DNA of 64,000 bases from Candidatus Eiseniibacteriota bacterium (GCA_963725865.1 CAVSAC010000014.1:256001-320000), one strand, 5' to 3'. Positions 27,885 through 38,931 are shown, numbered from the stretch's first letter. Made by a program: numbers and translations. Notes: a model not told the origin generated them from the letters alone.

Positions 27885-29954
27885 TCAGGCGCGGCGCGAC
27901 TCCGCGGTCACGCGCCGCGCCGTGATGCGCGGGTGCGCGTTCCGTTTCGCCGGCGCCTGGAGCAGGTGCCACACCCGCAGCGCCTCGGACACCGACCACG
28001 CCTGCGCGAAGCAGCCCTTGGGCGCGTGCGGCGGATCGCCCTCGGCCACCTCGGGCAGCGTGCCCACCCCCATCTCGCCGATCAGGTCGCCGAGCGGCTC
28101 GAGGAACGCCAGCGCGGCCGCGCGGTCGCCGTGCACCTGGAAGTGCGCCAGCGCGTAGTGCGGCAGCAGCCAGGTCCACACGGTGCCCTGGTGGTACGCG
28201 CCGTCGCGCGCCCGGCGGTCGCCGGTGAAGCGTCCCCGGTACGCCACCTCGGTGGGTGCGAGGCTGCGCAGCCCGTGCGAGGTGAGGAGCAGCCTGCCGC
28301 ACGCGTCGAGCACCGCGCGCCGGCGCGCGGGCGGCAGCGGACTGTCGGGGAGCGAGACGGCGAACAGCATGTTCGGCCGCAGCGAGGGATCCGAGCCTTC
28401 CGGACCGTCGAGAACGTCGAACAGCGCCTGCGTCGGCTCATTCCAGAACCGCTCGAACGAGGTCTCGACCCGGCGCGCCAGCCGCTCGTACCCCTCGGCC
28501 GGGCGGTCGAGCTTGCGCGCGAAGCGCGCCAGCGTGAGGAGCGCCCCGTACCAGAGCGCGTTGATCTCGACCGGCTTGCCCTGCCGCGGGGTCACCACCC
28601 AGTCCTCGACCTTGGCGTCCATCCAGGTCAGCTGAACGCCGGCCTCACCGGCGTCGATCAGGCCGTCGCGCTCGTCGACGTGGATGCCGTAGCGGGTGCC
28701 GCGCTCGTACCAGGCGCACACCTCTTCGAGCGCCGGGAACACCTCGCGCAGCAGCGCGTCGTCGCCGGTGGCGTCGTGATAGGCGCGCACCGCCTGGAAC
28801 AGCCACAGCGCGGAGTCGACGGAGTTGTACGTCGGCGGCTCGCCCTGGTCGGGGAAGTAGTTCGGCAGCATCCCGCGGTCGAGGTGCCGCACGAACGTGG
28901 ACAGGATCATGCGAGCGATCTCGGGACGCCCGGTCGCGAGCGTGAGCCCGGGCAGCGCGATCATGGTGTCGCGGCCCCAGTCGCTGAACCACGGGTAGCC
29001 CGCGATCACGGTGCGCCCGTTCGGCAGGCCGGACTGCGCGCGGTCGACGATGAACGCGTCGGCCGCCCGCACCAGGCACTGCACCCACTCGGGCGCGTGC
29101 TTCGAGGCATCGGGCTGCGCCTGGCGCCAGGCGTCGAGCAGCGACTTGTCGTGCGCGCGCCGCCGCGCGAGTGAGCCCGCCAGCGCGAGCGGACCGGAGC
29201 CGCCGCGGCCGGCGTCGTGGCGCGTGCTCGCCACCACCGTGAGCGCCTCGCCGTCGGCGAGCGTCGCGGTGAACGTGCCCACCATGAGGTGATCGTCGAG
29301 CGCGTCCAGCCCGCGCTCCTCCTCGAGCGCCAGTGCGAATCCGCGATACCAGTCGTGGGCCGGCTCCACGTGCGCGCCCGGGGCCACCAGCCATAGCGGA
29401 GTGGCACCCTCGAACGCCTCGACCCGCAGGCCGCCGGACACCGGCTCGACCCGGGCCTGCCAGTCGCCGTGCCCGAGCGTGGTGTGGGCGTCGCGATGGT
29501 TGACGAGCGCCTTCAGTCGCAGCGTCACCGGCGCGCGCGCCGAGGTGACCCGGTAGTGCACGTACGTGGTGTTCTCGCCGTGCTCCATCCACACGCGCTT
29601 CTCGAGGCGCGCGTCGCCCACCGCCCAGGTCCAGACCGGCACGCTCTCCTCGAGCGCGAACGACTCCAGGTGCGCGAGCCCGGGCGCCTGGACCACGCCT
29701 CCGGCCCAGCGGTTGGCGTCGAGGTCGTGCGGCGTGCCGTCGACCTCGAGCGTCTCCGCGAGCTTGGTGAGCATCAGCGTGCGGCCCACCGGGGGCCGCA
29801 GCGCGGCGACCAGCAGGCCGTGATAGCGACGGCCCAGCATGCCGCCGAGCGTGCCGCACGCGTAGCCGCCGATGCCGTTGGTGACCAGCCATTCCAGCGC
29901 GCCCGAAGTGGCGGGCGAGGCGAGGCGGTCTCTTCCGAAACGGAGTGCGCTCAT
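27885..29954 (-). CDS. Amylo-alpha-1,6-glucosidase / glycogen debranching enzyme (GH133-like)
   Basis: EWLVTNGIGGY, RRYHGLL, IAGYPWFSDWGRDTMI, LTWMDA, YHQGTVW, QAWSV. Confidence 0.93.
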   Translation of the reverse strand: MSALRFGRDRLASPATSGALEWLVTNGIGGYACGTLGGMLGRRYHGLLVAALRPPVGRTLMLTKLAETLEVDGTPHDLDANRWAGGVVQAPGLAHLESFALEESVPVWTWAVGDARLEKRVWMEHGENTTYVHYRVTSARAPVTLRLKALVNHRDAHTTLGHGDWQARVEPVSGGLRVEAFEGATPLWLVAPGAHVEPAHDWYRGFALALEEERGLDALDDHLMVGTFTATLADGEALTVVASTRHDAGRGGSGPLALAGSLARRRAHDKSLLDAWRQAQPDASKHAPEWVQCLVRAADAFIVDRAQSGLPNGRTVIAGYPWFSDWGRDTMIALPGLTLATGRPEIARMILSTFVRHLDRGMLPNYFPDQGEPPTYNSVDSALWLFQAVRAYHDATGDDALLREVFPALEEVCAWYERGTRYGIHVDERDGLIDAGEAGVQLTWMDAKVEDWVVTPRQGKPVEINALWYGALLTLARFARKLDRPAEGYERLARRVETSFERFWNEPTQALFDVLDGPEGSDPSLRPNMLFAVSLPDSPLPPARRRAVLDACGRLLLTSHGLRSLAPTEVAYRGRFTGDRRARDGAYHQGTVWTWLLPHYALAHFQVHGDRAAALAFLEPLGDLIGEMGVGTLPEVAEGDPPHAPKGCFAQAWSVSEALRVWHLLQAPAKRNAHPRITARRVTAESRRA

Positions 29955-30253
29955 GATCCCTCCCTGCGGAGTCCGTGCGCGTGGTTCCGTCGTGGGGAAG
30001 TCGGAGCGATGGATGCTGCGGCGCGGCGCGGACTGCGTTCAGATCGCAGCTCGCGGCCACTGTACGCCTCCGGCCCGACGACGGAAAGCGGAACCGGCCG
30101 GCGACGGGGTCGGCGGCGTGACCGCACCGCGCGCCGTAGTGGCCGCCGCGCGTGCACCGTGGCACGTCCCACGCGCGGCCCGGCGCGTCCCGCCGCGCTC
30201 ACGCGGTCGCCGCCGTTGACGCTGTACCGGGCCGCGGGTAACGTGCCTCCGCC

Positions 30254-30931
30254 ATGTCCGAACCCACCTATCCGTTCCCCAGCACCGGTTGGATCGAAGT
30301 GATCGTCGGGAGCATGTACAGCGGCAAGACGGAGGAGCTGATCCGCCGCCTGCGCCGCGCCCAGATCGCCCGCCAGCGGGTCGAGATCTTCAAGCCCGGC
30401 ATCGACGACCGCTACGCCGCCGACGCCATCGTCTCGCACAGCGAGCTGCGCATCCCATCCCGCGCGGTGAAGTCCGCGAAGGACGTGCTGAAGCACGCCC
30501 ACGAGGCGCAGGTGATCGGCATCGACGAGGGCCAGTTCCTCGGCCCCGAGCTGGTCGGCGTGTGCCAGGAGCTGGCGCGGCGCGGCAAGCGGGTGATCGT
30601 CGCGGGGCTCGACCAGGACTACCTCGGCCAGCCGTTCGAGCCGATGCCGCAGCTGCTCGCGGTGGCGGAGTACATCACCAAGACGCTCGCCATCTGCGTG
30701 GTCTGCGGCGAGCCCGCGAACCGCACGTATCGCAAGGTGCAGAAGCGCGGGCGCGTGGTGGTGGGCGGCGCCGAGCTCTACGAGGCCCGCTGCCGGCGCT
30801 GCCACGCGCTCGGCCGGCGCGCGGCGCCTCCCACGACCCCAGACTCCGGAGGTTCCCGTGTCGTTTCGTCGGATCGTGCGCGCCGTCCTCGTGCTCGCGC
30901 TGCCGCTGGCGCTCGTCGCCGGGTGCGGTAA
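30254..30931 (+). CDS. tdk: Thymidine kinase
   Basis: [39 protein letters not shown]. Confidence 0.96.
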   Translation: MSEPTYPFPSTGWIEVIVGSMYSGKTEELIRRLRRAQIARQRVEIFKPGIDDRYAADAIVSHSELRIPSRAVKSAKDVLKHAHEAQVIGIDEGQFLGPELVGVCQELARRGKRVIVAGLDQDYLGQPFEPMPQLLAVAEYITKTLAICVVCGEPANRTYRKVQKRGRVVVGGAELYEARCRRCHALGRRAAPPTTPDSGGSRVVSSDRARRPRARAAAGARRRVR

Positions 30932-31892
30932 GAGCAGCGAGCAGTCCCCCGCCCCCGCGGCCACGCCTGGCAAGCCGAAGGTCGGGCTGGTGTTCGACGT
31001 CGGTGGGCGCGGGGACAAGTCGTTCAACGACGCCGCCTACGCGGGCCTCGAGCGCGCCAAGGCCGAGCTCGGAATCGAATTCGTCACGCTCGAAACGGGC
31101 GAGGGCACCGATCGCGAGGCCGCGATGCGCCAACTCGCCGCCGGCGGCTGCCACCTGGTGTTCGGAGTCGGCTTCCTGTTCTCGGACGACATCAAGTCGC
31201 TCGCGCAGGAGTTCCCGGACGTGAAGTTCGCGTGCGTGGACTACACGGTGAAGGAGGGCGAGGAGCTGCCCCCCAACCTGCTCGCGCTGAAGTTCAAGGA
31301 AGAGGAGGGCTCCTACCTGGTGGGCGCGCTGGCGGCCCTGATGAGCAGGACGCGCAAGGTCGGCTTCGTCGGCGGCATGGAGATCCCGCTCATCAAGAAG
31401 TTCGAAGCCGGCTACCGGGCGGGCGTGAAGGCGATCGATCCGAAGACCGAGGTGATGGTCAAGTACGCGGGTGCCACCGGCACCGCGTTCAAGGACCCGA
31501 CCAAGGGCAAGGAACTGGCGCTCGCCGAGTACCACGCCGGCGCCGACATCATCTACCACGCCTCCGGCTCGACCGGCCTCGGCGTGTTCGAGGCCGCACG
31601 CGAGCTGAAGAAGCTCGCGATCGGCGTGGACTCCGACCAGTACGACGAAGCGCCCGGGGTGGTGCTCACCTCGATGATCAAGCGCGTCGACACCGCGGTG
31701 TTCGACACCATCCGCGAACTGAGCGCGGGCAAGTGGAGCGGCGGCATCCGCCAGTTCGGCCTGGCCGAGAAGGGCGTGGGCTGGGTGTACGACGACCGCA
31801 ACAAGGCCCAGATCCCCGACCGCGTGAAGATGGTCGTGGATTCGCTCGAGGCCGAGATCATCGCGGGCAAGATCGCCGTGCCCTCGCAGTAG
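30858..31892 (+). CDS. BMP/PnrA-family nucleoside ABC substrate-binding lipoprotein
   Basis: Lipobox [54 protein letters not shown]. Confidence 0.92.
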   Translation: MSFRRIVRAVLVLALPLALVAGCGKSSEQSPAPAATPGKPKVGLVFDVGGRGDKSFNDAAYAGLERAKAELGIEFVTLETGEGTDREAAMRQLAAGGCHLVFGVGFLFSDDIKSLAQEFPDVKFACVDYTVKEGEELPPNLLALKFKEEEGSYLVGALAALMSRTRKVGFVGGMEIPLIKKFEAGYRAGVKAIDPKTEVMVKYAGATGTAFKDPTKGKELALAEYHAGADIIYHASGSTGLGVFEAARELKKLAIGVDSDQYDEAPGVVLTSMIKRVDTAVFDTIRELSAGKWSGGIRQFGLAEKGVGWVYDDRNKAQIPDRVKMVVDSLEAEIIAGKIAVPSQ

Positions 31893-31907
31893 CCCACGGA
31901 GGACAGG

Positions 31908-32807
31908 ATGAGCGCACCGGCCGGAGCCTGGACCGACCTCGGGGGCGGCGTGCGCGTCCGCCAGAGCGCCGCGTTCTGGATGAACTCCACGCTGCTGCTG
32001 CATCCCGAGCACGCCGTCGTGATCGATCCCGGAGTGCTGCCCGCCGAGCTCGACGACCTCGCCCGCGCGGTCCAGGAGTCGGGGGCGGCCGACATCACTC
32101 TGGTGTTCACCCACGCGCACTGGGACCACGTGCTCGGCCGCCCGTGGTGGCCGGCCGCCCGCACGCTCGCCCACGACCGCTTCGCGGCGGAGCTGCAGCG
32201 CGACGCGGCCGCGATCCGCGCCGAGGCCGAGCGCTGTGCCGCCGGGCACGGCGCGCGCTTCCGGCAGCCGTTCGAGCCGTTCGTCCCCGACGACGCGGTC
32301 GCGGGGCTGCACTTCCACCCGCTGCGCCCGTGGCGGCCGGTGTTTCGCGACGCGTTCGGCCACAGCGGCAGTCAGATCAGCGTGCACCTGCCGGAGCAGC
32401 GCGTGCTCGTCGCGGCCGACATGTTGTCCGACCTCGAGGTGCCCATCCTCGACGGCCCGCCCGAGGTGTACGTGCGCACGCTCGAGGCGCTGTGCCCGCT
32501 GCTCGACGGCGGCGCGCTCGAGACGCTGGTGCCCGGCCACGGCGCGGTGGCGCACGGCGCGGGCGCGGTGCGCGAGCGGCTGGAGCGCGACCTCGACTAC
32601 CTGCGCACGCTGGCCACCCGCGCGCGCGCGGCCCGGGCGGCCGGCCACTCCGAGGACGCTGCCGTCGCGGCGCTCGAGGACATGGCGTACGTCGGCAAGG
32701 GCGCGGCCTACTCGATGGCTGAATACCATCGCGCCAACGCGCGCTTCGCGTGGCGCGCGGCGGGCGAGCCGCAGGGCCGCGCGAGGCCGCCGGGCCCGCG
32801 GCGATGA
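31908..32807 (+). CDS. Metallo-beta-lactamase-fold hydrolase
   Basis: VIDPG, THAHWDH, GHS, AADMLSD, VPGHG. Confidence 0.88.
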   Translation: MSAPAGAWTDLGGGVRVRQSAAFWMNSTLLLHPEHAVVIDPGVLPAELDDLARAVQESGAADITLVFTHAHWDHVLGRPWWPAARTLAHDRFAAELQRDAAAIRAEAERCAAGHGARFRQPFEPFVPDDAVAGLHFHPLRPWRPVFRDAFGHSGSQISVHLPEQRVLVAADMLSDLEVPILDGPPEVYVRTLEALCPLLDGGALETLVPGHGAVAHGAGAVRERLERDLDYLRTLATRARAARAAGHSEDAAVAALEDMAYVGKGAAYSMAEYHRANARFAWRAAGEPQGRARPPGPRR

Positions 32808-33982
32808 TCGAGCCCAAGGCGCTCCATCGCCGCATCGAACGCTCGCTCGAGGGACTCCCGAACGGCGGCTCGCTCGAGCGCTTCGCGGCGCGGCTCGCGC
32901 CGCGCGTGCTCGAGCAGCTCGGTCACGGCCTCGGCCTGGCGGCCGTGCACGTGTATCGCCGCGAGGCCGTCGGGATCGTGCTCGAGAGGCGCTGCGGCGA
33001 AGGCCGGCCCGACCTCGCGGCCGAGCTGCATCGGCGCCTCGCAGGCCACGGCGACGGCGCGATCGGCGAGCTGCCGTGGACCGGCGAGCACGGGACCGGA
33101 CCACTCGCGCTGGTGCCGGTCGGCGAGGATGCGAGCGTCCTGCTGGCGCTGTTCGGTGCCCCGCCCGGCGGACTCTCGGGCGTGCCCACGCACGCCCAGT
33201 TCGCCTCCGCGGTCGCCGCGCTGCACTACGCGATCGGCCAGCACCTGCGCCGGCGCGAGCTGGAGGACCTGTTCGCGCAGGCCCGCGCCATCCAGCTGAG
33301 CCTGCTCCCCACGGCGCCGCCGGTGTTCGGCAACTTCGACATCGCCGCGCTCAGTCTCCCCGCCAGCGCGGTGGGGGGCGACTACTTCGACTTCATCGAG
33401 GTGGACGGCGACTCGCTCGGACTGGCCGTCGCTGATGCCTCGGGCCACGGTCTGCCGGCCGCGCTCCAGGCCCGCGACGTCGCCACCGGCCTGCGCATGG
33501 GAGTCGAGCGCGACCTCAAGATCACGCGGGTGATCGAGAAGCTCAACCGCGTCATCCACCGCAGCGGGCTCACCACGCGGTTCATCTCGCTGGTCTACGG
33601 CGAGCTCCACTCCAACGGCAACTTCCTATACATCAACGCCGGCCATCCCCCGCCGCAGCTGCTCGACCAGCACGGGTTCCACGATCTGAGCATGGGCGGG
33701 CTGCTGCTCGGGCCCGAGCTCCATACCACCTACAAGCTCGGCTTCGCTCACATGGACCGCGGCGGCGCGCTGGCGATGTTCAGCGACGGCGTGATCGAGC
33801 ACGGCATCGGGGACGGCGACGCCGGCTTCGGCGTGGAGCGCGTGCGCACCTGGATGGAAGCCTGGCGCGAGGGACCGGCTCAGGACGCGGTCGCCGATCT
33901 GATGCGACGCCTCACCGACTACGGCAGCGGCACGTCGTTCGAGGACGACGTCACCGTGCTGTTCGTGCGCCGCCCGCGCTAG
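32804..33982 (+). CDS. PP2C/SpoIIE-family phosphatase
   Basis: VGGDYFD, ADASGHGLPAAL, NAGHPPP, FSDGVIE, DDVT. Confidence 0.92.
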   Translation: MIEPKALHRRIERSLEGLPNGGSLERFAARLAPRVLEQLGHGLGLAAVHVYRREAVGIVLERRCGEGRPDLAAELHRRLAGHGDGAIGELPWTGEHGTGPLALVPVGEDASVLLALFGAPPGGLSGVPTHAQFASAVAALHYAIGQHLRRRELEDLFAQARAIQLSLLPTAPPVFGNFDIAALSLPASAVGGDYFDFIEVDGDSLGLAVADASGHGLPAALQARDVATGLRMGVERDLKITRVIEKLNRVIHRSGLTTRFISLVYGELHSNGNFLYINAGHPPPQLLDQHGFHDLSMGGLLLGPELHTTYKLGFAHMDRGGALAMFSDGVIEHGIGDGDAGFGVERVRTWMEAWREGPAQDAVADLMRRLTDYGSGTSFEDDVTVLFVRRPR

Positions 33983-34018
33983 CGGCGGGCCCGGCTGCCG
34001 CCGCGCCGGCGTGTCCCC

Positions 34019-34618
34019 TCAGGGCAGTTCGGAGTGGTTGGCGATCACGCGCGACACGATGCCGTACTCGATCGCCTCGCTGGCGTTCATCCAGAAGTCG
34101 CGCTCGATGTCGGACAGCACCTGCTCGAGCGACTTGCCGGTCTCCTGCGCCACGACGCGCGCGATCCGCTCGCGCGTGCGCACGATCTCCTTGGCCTGGA
34201 TCGCGATGTCGGTCACCTGGCCCCCGACGCCGCCGCCGGGCTGGTGGATCATGAAGCGGGTGTTGGGCAGGCACACGCGGCGCGCCTTCGGGGCCGCGAG
34301 GAAGATGTGCGTCCCCGCGCTCGCCACCCATCCCGAGCCCACGGTGGTGACCGGAGAGCGCACGAAGCGGATCATGTCGTGGATCGCGTCCCCGGACTCG
34401 ACGTGTCCGCCCGGCGACGAGATCAGCACGCGGATCGGCTTTTGCGATTCCTGGTCGAGCGCGATCAGCCGCTCGCACGCCGAGCGTGCCATCTCGGAGT
34501 CGATCGAGCCGAAGACGAGCACATAGCGCGCCTTGAACGACAGCCGCCCTTCGAGCGTGGTGAGCATGTCGGGGGCACCCGGCTCGTCGTCGCCGAGGGC
34601 CAGGGGTCGGTCCAGCAT
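34019..34618 (-). CDS. clpP: ATP-dependent Clp protease proteolytic subunit
   Basis: ISSPGG, VASAG (Ser), FMIHQP (His), ERDFWM (Asp), AIEYGIV. Confidence 0.93.
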   Translation of the reverse strand: MLDRPLALGDDEPGAPDMLTTLEGRLSFKARYVLVFGSIDSEMARSACERLIALDQESQKPIRVLISSPGGHVESGDAIHDMIRFVRSPVTTVGSGWVASAGTHIFLAAPKARRVCLPNTRFMIHQPGGGVGGQVTDIAIQAKEIVRTRERIARVVAQETGKSLEQVLSDIERDFWMNASEAIEYGIVSRVIANHSELP

Positions 34619-34669
34619 GGGGTTTCCTCCAGGGGAGCAGACGGAACGCTGCGGCGCGCAGCGGGCAAT

Positions 34670-36118
34670 CTACCAGCTACGCGCGCGCACGTCCCGCCGC
34701 AGCCGTGCGGTGACCGCTTCGAGGTCCAGTCCGAGCGCCCGCGCGATCTCGCGGCCGACCTCGGAGTTCTCGTGCACGCCGACGAAGCGCTCGCGGCCGG
34801 GACCGAACGCGTAGAGCCCGACGTCCGCCGCGGTGTGTCCGTTGGTGGCCCAGGCCACGCGCGCGCGGCGGTTGACGATCTCGGCGATCGCCCCGGCGAG
34901 CCAGCCGCGACCGGCGAGCCCGTCGGCGATCGCCCGGCGCTCGTCCGCGTCCAGGCTGTCGACTCCCGCCGACTCGCGCAGGACGACCGCCGGGGGAGCT
35001 CCCGCGCGCATGTGATCCGCCATCCGCGCGGCCGAGTGGCGCACTCGCGCGATCGCTTCGGGCTGCAGGTCGCTGTGGCTCGCGTCACCGATCCGCCGCG
35101 CCAGGGTGAGTCCGCCGGTCTCGTGATCGGCGCACGAAATCACCAGCGTGCGCCCGTCGTTCCGCGCGAACTCGAGCACCGCCCGCACGGCGTCATCGTA
35201 TTCGAGCGCCTCGCGCACCGTCGCCGGCGCGTCGTTGTCGTGGGCCGCGTGGTCGATGCGGCTGCCCTCGACCATCAGAAAGAACCCGCGGGGCGCGCGC
35301 GACAGGCGCGCGAGCGCCGCCTCGGTCATCTCCAGCAGGCGCGGCTGGGAGAGCGAGTCCTGGTCGAGCGCGTACTCCATGTGGTCCATCGCGAACAGCC
35401 CGAGCAGCGGGCGCGCCCCGGGTGCCGCCGCGGCGTGGCGGCCGACGTGCAGGCTCACCACGGGCGCGGCGACCCGCGCGGCGCGCTCGAGCCCTTCGCG
35501 ATCCACCAGCACCTCGACGCCGCGCGCGCGCGACTCCGCGAGCAGATCGCGCCCGTCCCGGCGCTCGCCCCCGGCGGCCTCCGGCACGAACCGCGAGCGA
35601 CCGCCGCCCAGCAGCACTTCGATCCCCTGTTCCAGCATCTGCGCGGCGATCAGGTCCTCGGAGGCGCGCTGGTCGACGTGCGCTGCGAACGCCGCGGGGG
35701 TGGCGTGGGTGATGCGGCTGGTGGCCACCAGTCCGGTCGCGAGTCCCTTCGCCTCGGCCGCCTCGAGCAGTGTGCCGAGCGCGAGGTGGAGCGTGTCCTC
35801 GCTGATGCCGCCGTTGTAGGTCTTGTGGCCGGTCGCCAGCGCGGTCGCCGCGGCCCCCGAGTCGGTGACGCGGGCGTCGCTCGAGTGGGTCAGCGCCGCG
35901 CCGACCAGCATGCCGTCGAGCGCCAGCGGGTGCCCCGCGACCATGCGCGCGAGCGCCAGCGTCGCCGGCCCGCAGCCATCGGGGATCATGAGCACGACGT
36001 TGCGCGGGTGGGTCGGCGCCGCCGCGGTGGCCGCCGCGCGGGCCGCCGGCGGCGCGGCGAGAGCGACGATCGAGATCGCGAGCGCGATCGACGAGGCGAA
36101 GCGGGGCGGGGTCGGCAT
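34670..36118 (-). CDS. Alkaline phosphatase (PhoA family), exported
   Basis: NVVLMIPDG, VTDSGAAATALATG, THATPAAF, FFLMVEGSRIDHAAH, ADHETGG, GHT; signal peptide. Confidence 0.93.
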   Translation of the reverse strand: MPTPPRFASSIALAISIVALAAPPAARAAATAAAPTHPRNVVLMIPDGCGPATLALARMVAGHPLALDGMLVGAALTHSSDARVTDSGAAATALATGHKTYNGGISEDTLHLALGTLLEAAEAKGLATGLVATSRITHATPAAFAAHVDQRASEDLIAAQMLEQGIEVLLGGGRSRFVPEAAGGERRDGRDLLAESRARGVEVLVDREGLERAARVAAPVVSLHVGRHAAAAPGARPLLGLFAMDHMEYALDQDSLSQPRLLEMTEAALARLSRAPRGFFLMVEGSRIDHAAHDNDAPATVREALEYDDAVRAVLEFARNDGRTLVISCADHETGGLTLARRIGDASHSDLQPEAIARVRHSAARMADHMRAGAPPAVVLRESAGVDSLDADERRAIADGLAGRGWLAGAIAEIVNRRARVAWATNGHTAADVGLYAFGPGRERFVGVHENSEVGREIARALGLDLEAVTARLRRDVRARSW

Positions 36119-36264
36119 CGGGCAGCCACTCCTGGGTTGGGCGCGAGGTGCCGGGAGCATGCGCGATGCACCGGCGGCGCGCAACGGCGGACAGCAAGAG
36201 CCGTCGCGGTCGTCGTGTCACGCGCGTCCGCAGGTGCGGGCTCGGAGCCGTCGCCGCAGCCGCC

Positions 36265-37068
36265 TCAGCGATAGCGGGTCTTCATCGCACCCCAGGTCGA
36301 GGTCGCCGCCGGCACCGTCATCAGGCAGGCGGTCTCGTTGTACCGCTGCCAGGTCGCGAGGTTGCCCTCGTTCGGCCCACCCCAGAGGAACACCGGGCTC
36401 GCCGGCTGCGGATCCTGCACCAATTGGATCTGCAGCAAGCGAACCCCGATCGCGGTGCAGCAACCGCCGCAGGCCGGGATCCCGGTGGTGTGCGCGTGCG
36501 AGAGCCGGCCGCGGAAGGCGTAGTACTCGTGGCCCGCGAGCAGGATCGTGGCCTGATCGATCGGGAGCGTGACCTCGATCGTGACCTGCGCGACGCTGGA
36601 GTCCAGGCCGTACGGAAGGCCGCGCTCCGGCTGGAACGGCCACACGTGGCGGGCGAGGACGAGGGCTGGGTTCCCAAGGAAGTCCTCGACTCCGGTCGCG
36701 GACACGAACGGCTCGCCGGTGAAATCGGCGGAGGTCGTGAAGGAGTTGGCGCGGCAGCCCCCGGGCTGCATCCGCCACCACTCGGGGAGCGGCGGCTGGA
36801 TGTGGTCGAGGACCAGTCGCAGCGAGCGCACTTCGAGCGTCGCGACGAACCCGACCACGCTGGAAACGTCGGCGTCTGGAACGAACGAGCCCACCAGTTC
36901 GTCGGTGCCGGTGTTCTCCCCGCACGCGAACGAACGATCCTCCAGTCCGCCCGCGCCGAGCGCCTGGTCCCACTTCAGGTACGCGCCCGGGGCCGGTTGC
37001 GCGAGCGCGATCGACGCGCACGCGAGAGGCGTCAGGAGGAACGCGGCGATACGCGGTAGCCAGGGCAT
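36265..37068 (-). CDS. Secreted Cys-rich protein with WGxxKxxYR tail (same family as the 57-62 kb array)
   Basis: Signal peptide ..ASIALA|Q; FACGENTG, LPEWWRMQPGGCR, CGGCC; ends VPAATSTWGAMKTRYR. Confidence 0.75.
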   Translation of the reverse strand: MPWLPRIAAFLLTPLACASIALAQPAPGAYLKWDQALGAGGLEDRSFACGENTGTDELVGSFVPDADVSSVVGFVATLEVRSLRLVLDHIQPPLPEWWRMQPGGCRANSFTTSADFTGEPFVSATGVEDFLGNPALVLARHVWPFQPERGLPYGLDSSVAQVTIEVTLPIDQATILLAGHEYYAFRGRLSHAHTTGIPACGGCCTAIGVRLLQIQLVQDPQPASPVFLWGGPNEGNLATWQRYNETACLMTVPAATSTWGAMKTRYR

Positions 37069-37197
37069 GGGCACCTCCAGCAAGCGGGTTCTCGGTGGAA
37101 CCACATCCATGGTACCGCGCGGGCGGACCGCTTGCCTGCAGTTCCGTGCGGCCCCCGGACCGGTCCGCGAAACGCGACGAAATCCGCGCGGTCGGAG

Positions 37198-38931
37198 TCA
37201 GCGCATGCGATACAGGTACATGCAGCGGGCGGGCCGGGCGACCGGCTCGAGGCTGTCGAAGGCGCGCGTGTCGAAGCGGACGAAGTCCGTCCGCCCCGTC
37301 GGGGTGACCATGTGCTGCGAGAGCCCGACGCGGTAGTAGCTGCTCATCGCCAGCCAGTCGCTCTGCGGGCCCGGCACGCCGCCGAGATAGGGAACGTAGT
37401 CGATGCCGTAGACGGCCGGGTCGGTGGTGCCGTGGTAGGCCAGATGGATCCGGTGGATGCCGCGCGCCCGCATCTCGTCCCGGAGTGCGAGCAGCCCCTG
37501 TCCCCAATCGACGTTGGAGTCGTTCAACGCCCGGTCGTGGACCGCCGGCGCCCCGGCGAATGGATTGAACGAGGTGAGGTACCACGGCGCGACCGACGCG
37601 GTCTCGATCGCAAGCCCGAGCACGGCCGCCAGCGCAACGCCGGAGCGCCAGCGCCCACCCCGGGGGACGGCGCACACCACGCTCGACGACAGCACGCACA
37701 CGAACGGCAGGACGGGGAGCACGTAGCGGACCCCGGCATTGAGCTGCACCACGAACATTGCCGCCAGCAGGTACGCGGCCGGCGGGAGCACGAAGCAGGC
37801 CTCGTCCTGCCACGGGCGCTCCGCGCGCCGGAACATCGCGGCGCATGCGAGCACCAGCAGCGCCAACAGCTCGATCGGCCACTTGAGTCCGATCGCGAGC
37901 GGAAAATAGAACGGCACCCGTTGCGTGAGGATGCGGCCGAACAGGAACGTCGGCGTGATCCCCGCCTGGCCCTCGAACGATTGGTGGTCGAGCCCCGCCA
38001 GCCAGGCGTCGGGCAACGGCAGCCGCAGCTCGGGCAGGGCGCGAGCGATCGTCTCGAACCGGTCCGACTCGAACGGCAGCGAGCGGAGCGGCGCGAACGA
38101 GACCTGCCCGAGGTAGCCGACCCAGAGCGCCGCGACGGCGACCGGCAGCAGGAGCACCAGCCCCGCCGCGAGGCGGCCGATCCTGCGGTCCGGGCGGCGC
38201 CAGGTCGCGACCGCCGCCAGCAGCGGCAGCAGCGGCAGGAGCGCGAGCGACGTGAGTCGCGTCAGGAGTGCAAAGCTCAACGCGCCGGCGGTGACCCACC
38301 ACCAGCGCCAGCTCCCGCTCGTCGAGTAGCGCCAACCCGCAGCCACCGTGGCGAGCCATCCCAGCGCGGTCGCGGTGTCGAGTGTGGCGAGCCCGCCGTG
38401 CGCGAGCGCCTCCGGTGTGAGCGCGTAGAGCGCCAGGGCCAGCAATCCGGCGGCGGGCCCAAAGAGGGCGCGCGCGCAGGCCATCACCACGAGCGCGAGG
38501 ACCATCGAGAGCGCGAGCGTCACGCACCGCGCCGCGAGGTAGACCCGGTGGTAGCGGTCCGCGTTCGCGCGCAGGAACGCCGCGCCCGCTTCGTACTGTC
38601 CGTGCCGTACCCATTCGCGCCCCGGGGGCACGCGGGCGCCGGCGGCCAGCGCCGCGGCGGCCTGAAGTGACTTGACCAGCGGGGGATTCACCGGGGAGAC
38701 CATGAAGTCGCGGCGCGCGACCACCGCGACGCCCGAGGAAAGATGGAAGTTCTCGTCGAACGTGACCGAGTTCCTCACCGCGCCCCAGCCCGCCATTCCG
38801 AGATGGAGCGCCAACAGCAGAGCGGCGACCCACGCGCCTTTCGCGGCGTCCGCCCACGATCGTCCGGCGCGCGTGGTCGGCGCGGGGCCGCGGGGGCTGC
38901 CAGCCCGGCGCGTCCCGCGCGGAGCGCTCAT
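37198..38931 (-). CDS. GT-C fold membrane glycosyltransferase (ArnT/PMT-like)
   Basis: SVTFDENFHL, NPPLVK, ALAHGGLATLD, multiple TM helices, DSNVDWGQ. Start taken at MSAPRG. Confidence 0.78.
   Translation of the reverse strand: MSAPRGTRRAGSPRGPAPTTRAGRSWADAAKGAWVAALLLALHLGMAGWGAVRNSVTFDENFHLSSGVAVVARRDFMVSPVNPPLVKSLQAAAALAAGARVPPGREWVRHGQYEAGAAFLRANADRYHRVYLAARCVTLALSMVLALVVMACARALFGPAAGLLALALYALTPEALAHGGLATLDTATALGWLATVAAGWRYSTSGSWRWWWVTAGALSFALLTRLTSLALLPLLPLLAAVATWRRPDRRIGRLAAGLVLLLPVAVAALWVGYLGQVSFAPLRSLPFESDRFETIARALPELRLPLPDAWLAGLDHQSFEGQAGITPTFLFGRILTQRVPFYFPLAIGLKWPIELLALLVLACAAMFRRAERPWQDEACFVLPPAAYLLAAMFVVQLNAGVRYVLPVLPFVCVLSSSVVCAVPRGGRWRSGVALAAVLGLAIETASVAPWYLTSFNPFAGAPAVHDRALNDSNVDWGQGLLALRDEMRARGIHRIHLAYHGTTDPAVYGIDYVPYLGGVPGPQSDWLAMSSYYRVGLSQHMVTPTGRTDFVRFDTRAFDSLEPVARPARCMYLYRMR

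Noticed and set aside
31908..32807. Beta-lactam resistance gene
   Set aside because: It is a generic cytoplasmic MBL-fold hydrolase with no signal peptide and no class B beta-lactamase-specific evidence.
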